NCBI GenBank assembly: GCA_051942245.1
Contig: JAVECL010000239.1
Coordinates: 1 to 33,880 of the forward strand
Direction: 5' to 3'
DNA: 33,880 nucleotides
Source: Trypethelium eluteriae
Lineage: Eukaryota
The notes below the pieces were generated by a model. The model was not told where the DNA came from. It did not search any database and saw only the letters and a list, made by a program, of their open reading frames with translations. The position numbers were made by a program, and so were the translations under genes. Numbering within the stretch: the stretch's first letter is position 1; each line of letters opens with the position of its first letter. Of the stretch, positions 12,596 to 23,248 are shown one piece after another.

Positions 12596-13213
12596 ATGAG
12601 GCTCGCTAACACCCTCTTCCTCTTCTCCCCCATCCTCGCCAACGCCCAAGTCGGTTCCCTCGTCTCCTCCCTCACCTCCGACGCCGGCTCCGTTGCCACC
12701 TCGCTCGCCACCGTCGTCACATCCGGTGCCGGCTCCGTCGGCACCGGCATCGCGAGCACCGTCACGAGCGGAGCGGAAAGCGTAGGGACCGGCATTGCGA
12801 GTACAGTCACCAGCGGCGCCGGCTCAGTCGGCACCGGCATCGCCTCGACGGTCACAAGCGGCGCTGGCTCAGTAGGAACAGGGGTCGCGTCTACAGTTAC
12901 AAGCGGTGCAGGCTCGGTCGGGACTGGCATCGCGTCGACGGTCACGAGCGGAGCTGGCAGCGTGGGCACTGGCATTGCGTCCTCGGTCACGAGTGGTCCG
13001 GGCTCTGTGGCAACCAGTCTTGCAAGCACGGTGACGAGTGGAGCGGGCTCTGTAGGCACAAGCCAAGCTAGTGCAGCGAGCTCTGGGGGATCAAGCGCTG
13101 CTTCAGCGGCGACGAGTGCGGCTGCAACGAGCGCGGGGGCTGCTGTGGTGGGATTGCCACAGGCTGCCGGCGTTGTTGTCGGGGCGCTTGGATTCGCGGC
13201 GGCAATGTGGTAG
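12596..13213 (+). CDS. Putative GPI-anchored Ser/Thr/Gly/Ala-rich cell-surface repeat protein, 205 aa
   Basis: ATG at 12596 after a CT-rich leader, with TATAAG at 12363. Signal peptide MRLANTLFLFSPILANA, nine 15-aa repeats, S/A-rich spacer, small-residue omega region (TSAGAA) and hydrophobic C-terminus AAGVVVGALGFAAAMW. Confidence 0.85.
   Translation: MRLANTLFLFSPILANAQVGSLVSSLTSDAGSVATSLATVVTSGAGSVGTGIASTVTSGAESVGTGIASTVTSGAGSVGTGIASTVTSGAGSVGTGVASTVTSGAGSVGTGIASTVTSGAGSVGTGIASSVTSGPGSVATSLASTVTSGAGSVGTSQASAASSGGSSAASAATSAAATSAGAAVVGLPQAAGVVVGALGFAAAMW
12665..13069 (+). repeat. Coding tandem repeat, 9 x 45 bp (consensus STVTSGAGSVGTGIA)
   Basis: The span is exactly 405 bp (9 x 45). The peptide units are nearly identical while third codon positions differ heavily between copies. 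Confidence 0.9.
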
Positions 13214-14749
13214 ATGTGATATGTAAAGAGGAGGTCAGAGCTCGTTAAAGCTCTCACTGAGGCTTGCTGGCTTATAGAGATTAGACCTAGAATTCACATG
13301 GCTCGCGGATAGCTCTTTCTTTAAATCTCCCTCTTTTCTACTTGGCCCCTCTTTTTCTATTTGATCTTGATCAAGAGCTGACGCATGCTGGCAACCTCTT
13401 AGATCTCGAGTCTGAGGGTCTGCAAAGTGAATCTGAAGAAATGCGGTCCCTACAATAGACTATGCAGCCGCTCAGAAGGCAACAAATGCCCGACATCAAG
13501 TCAACACAAATTTCCATGGCAAACCATTCACATTGCTTGATATTGGACTTTCTGAGAATCTCGTCAATTAGGTTGCATGTTCTTTACCTTCCTGGTCGAA
13601 GTGCCGGAATCGTGGACTGGACCAACACATAAGCGATACAAGTGCGACTTGGAATTCTGGGATATCTGTACTCTACAGATTGGATCCGAAGAATTCAGGT
13701 TGAAAACAAAAAATCCACCGAGCCCTGGCAGAAACGTATGTAATAGTCGCATCAGGTTCAGCATCCTCTCTGCATTTTGGAAGCATTCAAGCAAAGACTT
13801 CATGCTCCGGTGCACCCACAAAAGCAAGTTCGGGTCACACGATTTCAACCATTTGCAAACATGGCACCGCGCTGGAGACAGAATCGCAAAATATCACAGT
13901 TGTTTTCTCGTGTAGTACGCTTGGTGAGAAGGCCGGTTTCCAAGTTTCTATGAAAGGCTCGAGTATTCAAGTCTGTCTGGGCAACATCCCATGAAGAACA
14001 TCTTCCTTCTCTTGCTGAACAACCGAAATCGACAAGATGGTGAAGAGCTCTGATCAATATACCAATGGCTAGCTTGATCGCTCGCAGAAGGCCGGATCGT
14101 CACTATGCGACTAGGGATGTTGTGCTTGGTGTTGCTCGTTTCAAATAAACCATGCTGCCGATTGGTGGAAGGAAAGTTCCGGCGAATTGATCAAACCTCA
14201 ACCCCCAGCAATTTCGCCAATCTCTGCCTTGGCCCTGGACTCACGCTAAGCTTCTTGCTCTTCACCTCTTATCCTGCGTCGAGGTTTCGATTCTTGCGCC
14301 TATGTTTGAAATACATTTTCTCTCGATCCGTGCTCGCGCTTGTCCATGGGCATATCTCAGCCTCACTGGCCTTTGGCGCTCGTGCAGGATGCTTCCGAGC
14401 CATTTTTCTGAGGCTAGACCTCTGGTAGACCGTATCTTGTTTCCCCGTCAAGTTTCGAGATGACATAGAGGACTGGGTCCACAATGATGGTCAATTGCTA
14501 TCCGTAGGCGACTTTGGGTCTTAAATAACTCGCATTCTCTCAAGTCTTTCACCATCCTTTCCAGTGTTTCTTCTCTATCCATTGGCCTAAGCTGTTGCTT
14601 GGCAGTTGTCATTCTTTTCGAGGACACGCCGGGACGAAGTCCTGTTCCATTCATTCGTTTATTGAGATCGTTCACTCCCTTTCGATAACTTTCTTTTTCA
14701 TTTCCAAGCCATTCTCTTCTATTTCTGCTTCGATTCCTGTTCTAGAAAA

Positions 14750-17239
14750 ATGCGCTCGTTTCTGTTCGCTGGGGCAGCGGCAATCGGCCTTGCTGTACAG
14801 GCAACTGCCCAAGAAACCTACACATCATCCGCTTATACTGATCCCAACACTGGCATCGATTTCCAACGATTCTACGAAAACTCACAAATCAAGGCTGGCT
14901 ACAGTTTCGGTCTCGTTCTTCCCGAAAAGCCGACCACCGACTTCATCGGCCAACTCGTCGTCCCCCTGAACTCATCTCAAGGATGGGGTGCGGTCTCCCT
15001 GGGCGGGGCGATGACAAACACTCTACTGTTCACCGCATGGACGAGCAATAATAAGATCATGACATCTTTTAGAGAGGCTACCGCTTATGCTACTCCTCCA
15101 GTCTACACAGCTACAACTGTAACCGCATCACCCATCGCCAACGGAACTTTCATCAACACCACCCACTTTTCATGTACCTTCCTTTGCTCCGGATGTATAC
15201 TTGGGAATTCAGTCACCTTTGGCTCTGATGCAACAAATTCTGAGCTAGGGTACGCAGTCTCAGCGACCAACCCCACCGACCCGACGGATCCTGGCACTGC
15301 TTTCAGCTACCATGACGAAGGTTATGGCGAATACAATATGGCTTTCGTCAATGCCACATCCCCTCAATATGCAACATGGGCTTCTTGGGCCACTGCCAGC
15401 AGCACCGCAAGTAGCCCATCGAGCCCGGCAGGTTCCAATTCCACCAGTCCGGCCAAACCGACCGGACCAGCCACTGTATCGAACGCGACATACGATGTGA
15501 TCGTCGTTGGTGGAGGCCCGTCCGGTATCATCACCGCTGAGCGTCTTGCTGAGAATGGAGCGAGCGTCCTATTACTTGAGAGAGGCCAGGCTTCCACAGT
15601 TTCCACCGGAAGCACGGATACGTTGCCTTGGAACGATACTCTCACACCATACGATCTCCCTGCTCTCGGCAGCAGCCTGACAAAATTGGCAGATGTTAAC
15701 GAATTTTGCGACGATACCGCTTCCACCGCCGGGTGTCTTCTCGGTGGTTCGAGTTCCATCAATGCTCTCAACTTCATCCATCCGCCAGAACACGATTTTG
15801 AAAGGTGGCCAACTGGCTGGAAGTGGGCTGACGTGTCTGGTGCCGCAACCCGCTTGTATGCTCGTAATCCCGGAACTACCATGCCCTCAAAAGACGGGAA
15901 GCATTATGACCAGTCTGCATTCAACATCGTTTCCAACTTTCTTAAGACCCGTGGCTGGACTCAAGTCGACTCCATACAGAATGCCAACGCTAAGACGTTG
16001 GCTTTCTCTCAGCCTGCATGGTCCATCCTTAACAGCAAGCGTGCCGGTCCTGTTAGAACATATCTACCCGTAGGCCTTGCTCTCAAATCGAAGCCCTTAA
16101 CACTCAAGCTCAACACGAAGGTCACGAATGTTATTCGCACTGGCAGCACAATCACTGGCGTCCTCACCACCGCCAATGATGGATCCTCTATGATCATCAA
16201 CGTCAACAAGGGGGGCAAGGTCGTTCTTGCTGCTGGCGCGCTGTCTACACCACGGATCCTATGGAACTCTGGTATTGGCTTATCGGATGCCCTCAACACA
16301 GTCAAAAGTGGCACATCTGGCGTGGTTCTGCCGAGCGAAAGCGACTGGATTAGCCTTCCTGTTGGTCACAACATGAAGGATCACCCTCAATACGTTCTTC
16401 CTTTCAACAGCAAGAACAACTTTACGGCACTGAATTGGGGCACGATTCCGACTGACCCGTCTACTCCTGACCAGACCCTTTACGATGCCGGCTCAGGTCC
16501 TCTTGTCCAGGCATCTCAGCGTTTGCATATGTGGACCTCCGACAGCAGTACTTTAGATGGCGTTACACGTTACTTCCAAGGCACTGTATCCGCCCTTGCT
16601 TCTGGCGTGATTACAATGAAAATGTTCCTCACTCATGGAGGCACTTCAACTGGTGTTCTTGGCATCAGTCCCGAGGGCAACACCATTGTCCAGACTGCTC
16701 CGTGGATGAATACTGCTGCTGATCGTCAAGCTATGACGAATTTCCTACAGTGGCTTTTGGACTCTACGAATGCGGCAAACTCAACGATGGCATACAGCGG
16801 AGGCAGCACGAACGCAAGCACCCTCATTGACTCCCGCATTACTGGTGATCACTGGACTGGAACTGCGAGAATGGGCACAGACGACGGTCGTGTCAATAAC
16901 GGCACATCGGTCGTAGACACAAATACCAAAGTCTATGGAACGGACAATTTGTTTGTCGTGGATGCTTCTATTCACCCAGATCTCCCGACAGGAAACACTC
17001 AAGCCATAATCATGGTTGTTGCTGAGCAAGCTGCCGCAAAAATCGCAGCGTACAAGGTTACAAGTGGATCCGGTAACTCGTCTGCCCTCACAAGTGGGCC
17101 ATCATCTGCCTTGCCTACTGCCGCTCTTCCGGCAAGTGTGACACCAGCAACACTCTCAACTGTTACGGTACCGAGCTCTTCGACGAGTGCTACTCGTAGT
17201 GCCTGCCGCCACCGGCACATGCACGCGTCCAGGAAGTGA
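14750..17239 (+). CDS. cdh: Cellobiose dehydrogenase (AA8 cytochrome + AA3_1 GMC flavodehydrogenase), 829 aa, intronless, no CBM1
   Basis: Signal peptide, then a cytochrome domain (YTDPNTGIDF, DFIGQLVVP, heme Met in GGAMTN, CxxC, heme His in FSYHD). S/T linker, FAD fingerprint YDVIVVGGGPSG, AGCLLGGSSSINA, catalytic His (GDHWTGT) and Asn (PTGNTQA), and TDNLFVVDAS. Confidence 0.95.
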   Translation: MRSFLFAGAAAIGLAVQATAQETYTSSAYTDPNTGIDFQRFYENSQIKAGYSFGLVLPEKPTTDFIGQLVVPLNSSQGWGAVSLGGAMTNTLLFTAWTSNNKIMTSFREATAYATPPVYTATTVTASPIANGTFINTTHFSCTFLCSGCILGNSVTFGSDATNSELGYAVSATNPTDPTDPGTAFSYHDEGYGEYNMAFVNATSPQYATWASWATASSTASSPSSPAGSNSTSPAKPTGPATVSNATYDVIVVGGGPSGIITAERLAENGASVLLLERGQASTVSTGSTDTLPWNDTLTPYDLPALGSSLTKLADVNEFCDDTASTAGCLLGGSSSINALNFIHPPEHDFERWPTGWKWADVSGAATRLYARNPGTTMPSKDGKHYDQSAFNIVSNFLKTRGWTQVDSIQNANAKTLAFSQPAWSILNSKRAGPVRTYLPVGLALKSKPLTLKLNTKVTNVIRTGSTITGVLTTANDGSSMIINVNKGGKVVLAAGALSTPRILWNSGIGLSDALNTVKSGTSGVVLPSESDWISLPVGHNMKDHPQYVLPFNSKNNFTALNWGTIPTDPSTPDQTLYDAGSGPLVQASQRLHMWTSDSSTLDGVTRYFQGTVSALASGVITMKMFLTHGGTSTGVLGISPEGNTIVQTAPWMNTAADRQAMTNFLQWLLDSTNAANSTMAYSGGSTNASTLIDSRITGDHWTGTARMGTDDGRVNNGTSVVDTNTKVYGTDNLFVVDASIHPDLPTGNTQAIIMVVAEQAAAKIAAYKVTSGSGNSSALTSGPSSALPTAALPASVTPATLSTVTVPSSSTSATRSACRHRHMHASRK

Positions 17240-18207
17240 GTTAAAAATGATGAATTCGATCAAGTAGCCTCAACTCTTCACAAAACTGGCTGAGCTTTGG
17301 CCAGTCAGCTTTTTTATGGCCCCAATACGGCCATAGCGACCTTACGGTCTTGCTTATGTTCTTGTATATGACTTCTTACATAGATGATGTATTTATAGAC
17401 ATGTATCCAAATCACGTTGCGTGGTGGAAGTATTTCAACGTAGTTAGAAGAATTCATGACGTCGTGTCTCTTCGCCAATGTTTATGAACACGCCATCAAT
17501 GCGAGTCGCGTTCCTTTAGAAGTTCGGAAAAGGATCGGCCAGAGAGACAGGTTTGCTCAACAAATAGTTTTAGTACAAGAGGACACTATCACTTCAGATA
17601 CTCGTACATAATTTCCGTAGCGGTATCTCATGTGGGAAAGTGCTATATGGGTAGTCAACCTTGGAATCCTGGATTACTGCAGCAATGAGATGGGAATCGG
17701 GAACCAGAACCTTGCTTGCAGCCGATCAGCCATCTTTTGATCATTCGATCACAGACATAGAAAAGAATTTGCTGGTTTTGTGACGGGTTGTGGCAGGCCC
17801 TGATTGAAGTGACTGGCGGGTAGCAAACGTACTTTCGTCTTACGCGGAGAAATCACATAGCCGTACTGGCAGTTGCCAGGGACCTACAGTTCTGGTGCGA
17901 GTCGCAACCAACGTGAGAAGCTTCATCCGCCTAGAGAAGGTCAAATCAACATAAGCAAGCGGGCTTCATATATCATTAAATGTATGCACAAAGGATGCTG
18001 TGAGGTCTAAGCTCTATAATCAGCGATCTCCTTTTATGTCGGGAACATTCTCCGTCGCACAGTGGAGCGGAAGACCTTGGTGCACATAAGCGTAGTCTGA
18101 ACTTGCGGCTATCTTACAGTCATACAAATCAAACTCAAAAGGGTATCTTCCAGTTCACCAAGCGCCAGCAAATCAGACCGTAAAGATACTGTTTCAATCG
18201 GCAGAGG

Positions 18208-19839
18208 TCATCCGTCAGTGGCCATGCTATTAGCTGCCGTCTCTTGCTCTCCCATCTTCTCCAAAACCTCCACCTTTTGCTTCTTGCTGGCTCGAGTTGC
18301 ACCTTTCTGACGAGCCTCGTCCGGCGATGGCCTAACATACGGCTGACAGCACCACCAAGGTTTGACACACCTTTTCACCGCTGGACTAGTGCTACTGCAT
18401 GGAACATATGCCATGCGCGTTGCCTCCTCCCACAGACCGTCTTTCGCTAAGTTTTCGTATTCTTCCAGCCCTTTGCTGACTTCAGCTTCTACCATAGTAA
18501 GGACCTCCTCGAAAGCGCACATATCACCACTGCGGATGGTGTGAAGACGGTTCTGAACGTCCGGATGGACCTTGTTGAAGGTTCGTAAGACCTCGAAGAA
18601 ATGTGCTTTCATCGCTCTCAAATTGGGATCGTGGCGGCCAAGTTTGAGATCTCTCAGAAACTCTCCGTTGAAATCAGCAACTTCACGGCCCTCAGTCTTG
18701 AGGTTTGGTCCGTCACTTGGGATATACAAACCAGGACGTGACGGGGGTGGTTGATTGAGAACATATTTCCAGATAACGTCAATGTAGCGTCTCAGAGCAG
18801 CATCTATCCGATGACCTCGCTTGCCATCGATACCGCGCCAATATTCACGTCCTTCTTCTCCCGGAGGTGGGAGCCCCATGAAAATGGAGGGATCTGTCAG
18901 ACTCCCTTCAGCGATCATGACGGCATCTGCCCCGGTTTCTTGGAGACATTTTTTGATGTCATCATGTTCAAGGATATTCCCATTGGCAAATATGACAGTC
19001 TCTAGAGGCAAATTGTCCCGAAGATAGCGAATGAAACTCCAATCAGCAAGACCTGTATCATGGCCGTTCTGCTCTCGCGTACGCGCATGAACGGTAAGGA
19101 TGCTAGCTCCTGCGTCGAGTACCATTTTAGCGTATTGTAAAGTCCTCTCCTTAGACTCGAGGACTCGGATTTTGGCGGTCACCGGCACGTTCAGCTCCTC
19201 GTACAATTTTTTGATCATACGAGAGATACGAGGCCAATCTTCCTGAAGATACGCCCCGTATTTGCCCTTTCTTGCGATCTGCTGTGGACAGCCGAGATTG
19301 AGGTCTATCGCATCACAGTAATTCTGCGCATATTTTGCAGCAGCTAGGAGCGCATTTTCGTCGTTGGCACAGAACTGTACCGTCAGCGGTCGATCGATGA
19401 CCCTGTGCCCGTCTAGGTAATCCCTTCCCAGCCTTTGTGACATCTCTGTATCCTTCGAGGCATATGGATTGTCTGCGTCCGTGGGTTGAAAGTTTGTCTG
19501 ACGATACTTTGCTCCATTGGGACCAGTGTCGCCATATTGCCTCGCGTTCATCATAGGGCTATATGAGAGGAAAGGATCTGATTCTAGTTGTATGCAGTTG
19601 GCGAGGCCAGTGGTTTTCGAGGTGCGATAGGTGCGAATGGTTTGGCGCCAAGCCTGGTGCGTCAGTCAGCAAGAGACCGTTGATACACAAGATCCCAGAC
19701 GTTCAAGGATGTGACGTACAAACTCAGATTGGTTCACCATTGGGGCAAGAACCTTCTTTGGACTACCAATCGACTCGTAGAAATCTCGCCCCCTATGCAC
19801 ATGCCTTTTTTCAACATCCCATTCGATTGGTAAATGCAT
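18208..19839 (-). CDS. DUS1: tRNA-dihydrouridine synthase, Dus1-type, ~521 aa (up to ~632 aa if the upstream in-frame ATG at 20172 is used), 2 exons
   Basis: Exon 1 19839-19720 (GRDFYESIGSPKKVLAPMVNQSEF), intron 19654-19719 (GTACGT..CTGAC..CAG), exon 2 19653-18208. Motifs DRPLTVQFCAND, IDLNLGCPQ (catalytic Cys), VTAKIR, ILTVH, GLADW, FANGNI and the fungal C-terminal PWWCCQPYVRP. Confidence 0.9.
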
Positions 19840-20977
19840 CTTAGGATGAGTTGAGGAAAGAGGCTTTTTGCGGTCGAAAGAGGATGATACGGCACAAGCA
19901 GAGCTATGAAGGTGGTGAATCGACGTAGTGATCCAGCAACAACGGAAGTGCTGAGGCGATGAAGACGTTATGGCATGAAGTTTTGTGGTAGAAATGAAGC
20001 TTTTCACGACGGCAAATCCATGGAGACGACGTTCAGATCTAGTCCAGGACGAGGAACTGAAAGATATGCGGGAGACAGAGCGCTGTAGCAATGCGCACCA
20101 GACATACGTGCTGGCTAGGGAAGATGCATGACGCTTAATGGCAAGGTGTAGCGAATGCATGCGATTATCCACTTGCCGTCGAGTTCAGAGGTTTGCATTT
20201 TCTCGTGGGGTCGACCTTGGTGAGCGAGATGCGAGGAAAAATCACTGAACCAATCAGAGCAGCGAGTGGATCCTACTAGCGCAGATCTATCGTATGGATC
20301 CGACGAGGCTCTTCCCATGGTTCATCTGCAAGCACCCCAGTCAGAAGTACCAAGGTAGATAGTCTTCAATCTTGGCTCATAACTCGGAGTGACAGACATC
20401 TCCCGTGAGCAACTGTAAGCACAACACTTAATGCAGTGTTTTCGGTAGCCTCTTTCAGAAAAAGATGTACATTACGCTCACAAATAGGGACGGGTTCCTT
20501 CGATGCCCGAAGTATAGCTTCTCTGGCAAGAAATCCCGATGAGAATAGCAAACATGCATTGCAGCAAAGCTTACTGTCAGACGAGCACTTCAGATGGAGC
20601 AATCAATTCCAAATGGATGTCTGTGAGCAGTCTCTTGCGTGATGATAGTCGATATTTTGTACACAAATTAATAAATACATGTACTGATGCTACCCCATAT
20701 TCGCGCAGACACGGCATTATGGATTCAGTACTCTGGCGAAAACTTCGAGGATACCTTATGTAGGAATCTGATGTCCTCAAATCCTCTTGTGCGGCTGTCC
20801 GGTACGATATAACTGGGGAGATGGAGAATAGCTTGATTTTATGACGGCGGAGGTACCGACGAGATTTAGAGGCGGAGACGGCTGGCAAAATCTGGCAAGC
20901 GAGCACAACCCACCCACCCACTTTCACCTCCTCGTCGTGCGTCAACGACATCAACCGCCAACTCATCCATCTTCATC

Positions 20978-21533
20978 ATGGCTCCTGCTGCAACTGGAGG
21001 CAAAAAGCAGAAGAAGAAGTGGTCCAAGTATGAATTTCTCATCCCTCAAACCGTGAAGTACCACTAATTAACTTCTCTCACTCTAGGGGAAAAGGTACGT
21101 TCCAGATCTCCCTCTCTTTCCGCGCAGGACCCTGGATGCAACTCGGAACATCTCCTCGCATCTCTCCTAAATGGATTGAATATTTTGAAATGGAAAGGGC
21201 AGTCGGCTGATACAAAATTCGCGAATCTCAGTCAAGGATAAAGCCCAGCACGCAGTAGTCCTCGACAAGACCACCTCGGACAAACTTCAAAAGGATGTAC
21301 AATCGTATCGTCTCGTCACTGTTGCTATCCTCGTCGATCGTCTCAAAATCAATGGATCCCTTGCTAGAAAGGCGCTGAAGGATTTGGAAGAGGAAGGCGT
21401 GATCAAGAAAGTGGTAGGGCATAGCAAGTGCCCCATTTACAGTAAGCCCAAATTTCTGCCAGGTATACCAATCAGAAGTAAGAAGCGATGAGCTGACAAC
21501 TTCGCAGCTCGGGCGGTAGGTGGCACAGACTAG
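20978..21533 (+). CDS. RPS25: 40S ribosomal protein S25 (eS25), 97 aa, 4 exons including an 8-nt microexon
   Basis: Exons 20978-21027, 21087-21094, 21232-21441 and 21508-21533 give [66 protein letters not shown]. All introns are GT-AG with branch sites. The ORF track missed this gene. Confidence 0.96.
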
Positions 21534-21786
21534 GGAGATGTGGGGATAGGTAATAGGTCGTGGCTTGCAAGGATGGAAATGCATAGGATGGGAATGGTTT
21601 TCTTCTCTTGCTTCAATCTGGATGTCTATAACGGAATTCATGAATACCTATCGCCTTTTCCAGGTTTCATAGCCACAATATCTTCTGTTATCTTGAGAAA
21701 TGTCCATGTAACAAACCCTCAAACTCCGGGCCACTTTTCCTGTGCTTTACCGCCTAGCTTGAACAATATATACATCTCGCCATCAC

Positions 21787-22772
21787 CTATTTTGTCTCCC
21801 TCTTCGGCCTCGCCTTCTCCGCCCTTTCACATAACTCCCTCTTCGGCAGGCGCTCCAACCAGCCTGCTTCCCTCTTCACCTCCCCAACATAGAAATATTT
21901 CTTTTTCCCCTTCTCTCCCCGAAACATACTCGCCCATCCTTCAATCACACCCTTGACCTTCTTCTTCGCCTCCTCCGTCTCTTTCTTGGTTCTTGTCCCC
22001 TTCTTCCTCTTCCCACCCTTCACAGGACCTTCCTTCCCGCCCTTCCTCCGAACCTCTCCATCTACCCCTTCTACTTCCGCCTCGCCCTCATGTAGCGCCT
22101 TGACATCTGCCTTATCGCCCGCGACCTCTTCAGTCGGGTCAACCGGTATGTACATCTCCTCGACACCCCTGAGGTCGGGCGTCAAGTCCGTATCGAAGCA
22201 GCCCGTGATGAATGCGCGCGCGGCATCACGGCCAGCGAAGAAATGATAGGAGCCGCCAGGGCCATAGAAGCTGCGGCCGGCACTGACGTCATAAATGGAG
22301 CCGTTGAGAGCTAGGTAGATAGGTTTATTGGGGTCGGTGCCGTCGTAGGCGATGAGTTCGTCGTCGGTGAGGCGGAGGGGGCCGGACTGCGTAGGACCGT
22401 CAGCAGTAGTACGAAGTGAGGGAGAGCATGGAGTAGGAAGAAAGATAAGCAACGGATGAAACGTACAAAGAATGTATTGATTGCACCTGGACGTGTCCAC
22501 CATGGTCGATAGCCCCAGAGGACACTGTCGCCCGTGACGAAGTAGCTTAGGACGCTGTTGAGAAGCATCACGCCTCCCAGAACCCTCAAGATGTCCAGAA
22601 CGCCGATTCTGCCAATCTTTGTATGGTCCGATGCATCCTCCGCTCTGTGTGTTTGGCCATTGGCTTTACTGCCCGCCTTGCCATTTTGCGGTTCTTCCTC
22701 TCGTGGCCCCATTGCTTTGCCGATTTCTTCGATCTCACGTTCGTATTCGTTCAGGAATCCAGTCTGTCTCAT
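21787..22772 (-). CDS. Membrane-anchored cytochrome b5-like heme/steroid-binding protein (MAPR family), ~301 aa, 2 exons; start uncertain
   Basis: Exon 22772-22467 with TM ILRVLGGVMLLNSVLSYFVTG, intron 22387-22466 (GTACGT..GCTGAC..CAG), exon 22386-21787. The last exon has LTDDELIAYDGTDPNKPIYLALNGSIYDVSAGRSFYGPGGSYHFFAGRDAARAFITG and YFYVG. Confidence 0.88.
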
Positions 22773-23248
22773 ACAGATTATCGAGTCCTACTCAAGAAAC
22801 CCATGAGATTATTTGCCTTTGGCTGGCGTTGAACCACAGCGCGATCTCGTCCTTGACCAGCAGCAGCCGTCTTAACATAGATTGGGCGGAAATGCTGGCG
22901 GAACAAGCTTCAAGTTCGCGGCCCCAACTGGCGCAAGGAGAATGCTGTACGGCGATTCAAGAAGCCGTTCGGGGAACCAATAAATGCATTTGGTGTTTAG
23001 GTGAGCGCAGTCAAATACGGGTTGCAAGTGGCAGAATACGCTGCCAGATTAGAGCTAGTACGATCCTCATTCGTCATCCTCGACCAACAACTATTCGATA
23101 GCTACGCGAGTCACGTATCATGTATCTAATGATCCTTCGTATCTGAACTCGAACGGCACGAATCAAGGCTGCTGATAGCTCCTGCCCATGCAATACAAGA
23201 TATACACGAATAACAAAAAAGCACCAAATTGAGCCTCCGCTGAGTTTT

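Noticed and set aside
12665..13069. Regular 45-bp periodicity resembling a CRISPR array
   Set aside because: There are no unique spacers. It is a coding repeat in a eukaryotic gene.
12505..13257. 250-aa minus-strand ORF with PVPTEPAPLVTV repeats
   Set aside because: It is the antisense shadow of the GPI repeat gene. The + strand has the signal peptide, GPI-like tail, leader and TATA.
13564..14675. Several 70-112 aa ORFs upstream of cdh
   Set aside because: They overlap on both strands with no motifs or splice support, consistent with chance ORFs in a promoter region.
15740..15760. GGTTCGAGTTCC resembling a tRNA T-loop
   Set aside because: It lies within the CDH coding sequence (GGSSS) with no cloverleaf.
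21095..21231. Possible intronic snoRNA in RPS25 intron 2
   Set aside because: There is no box C (RTGATGA), and the CTGA present is explained as the branch site.
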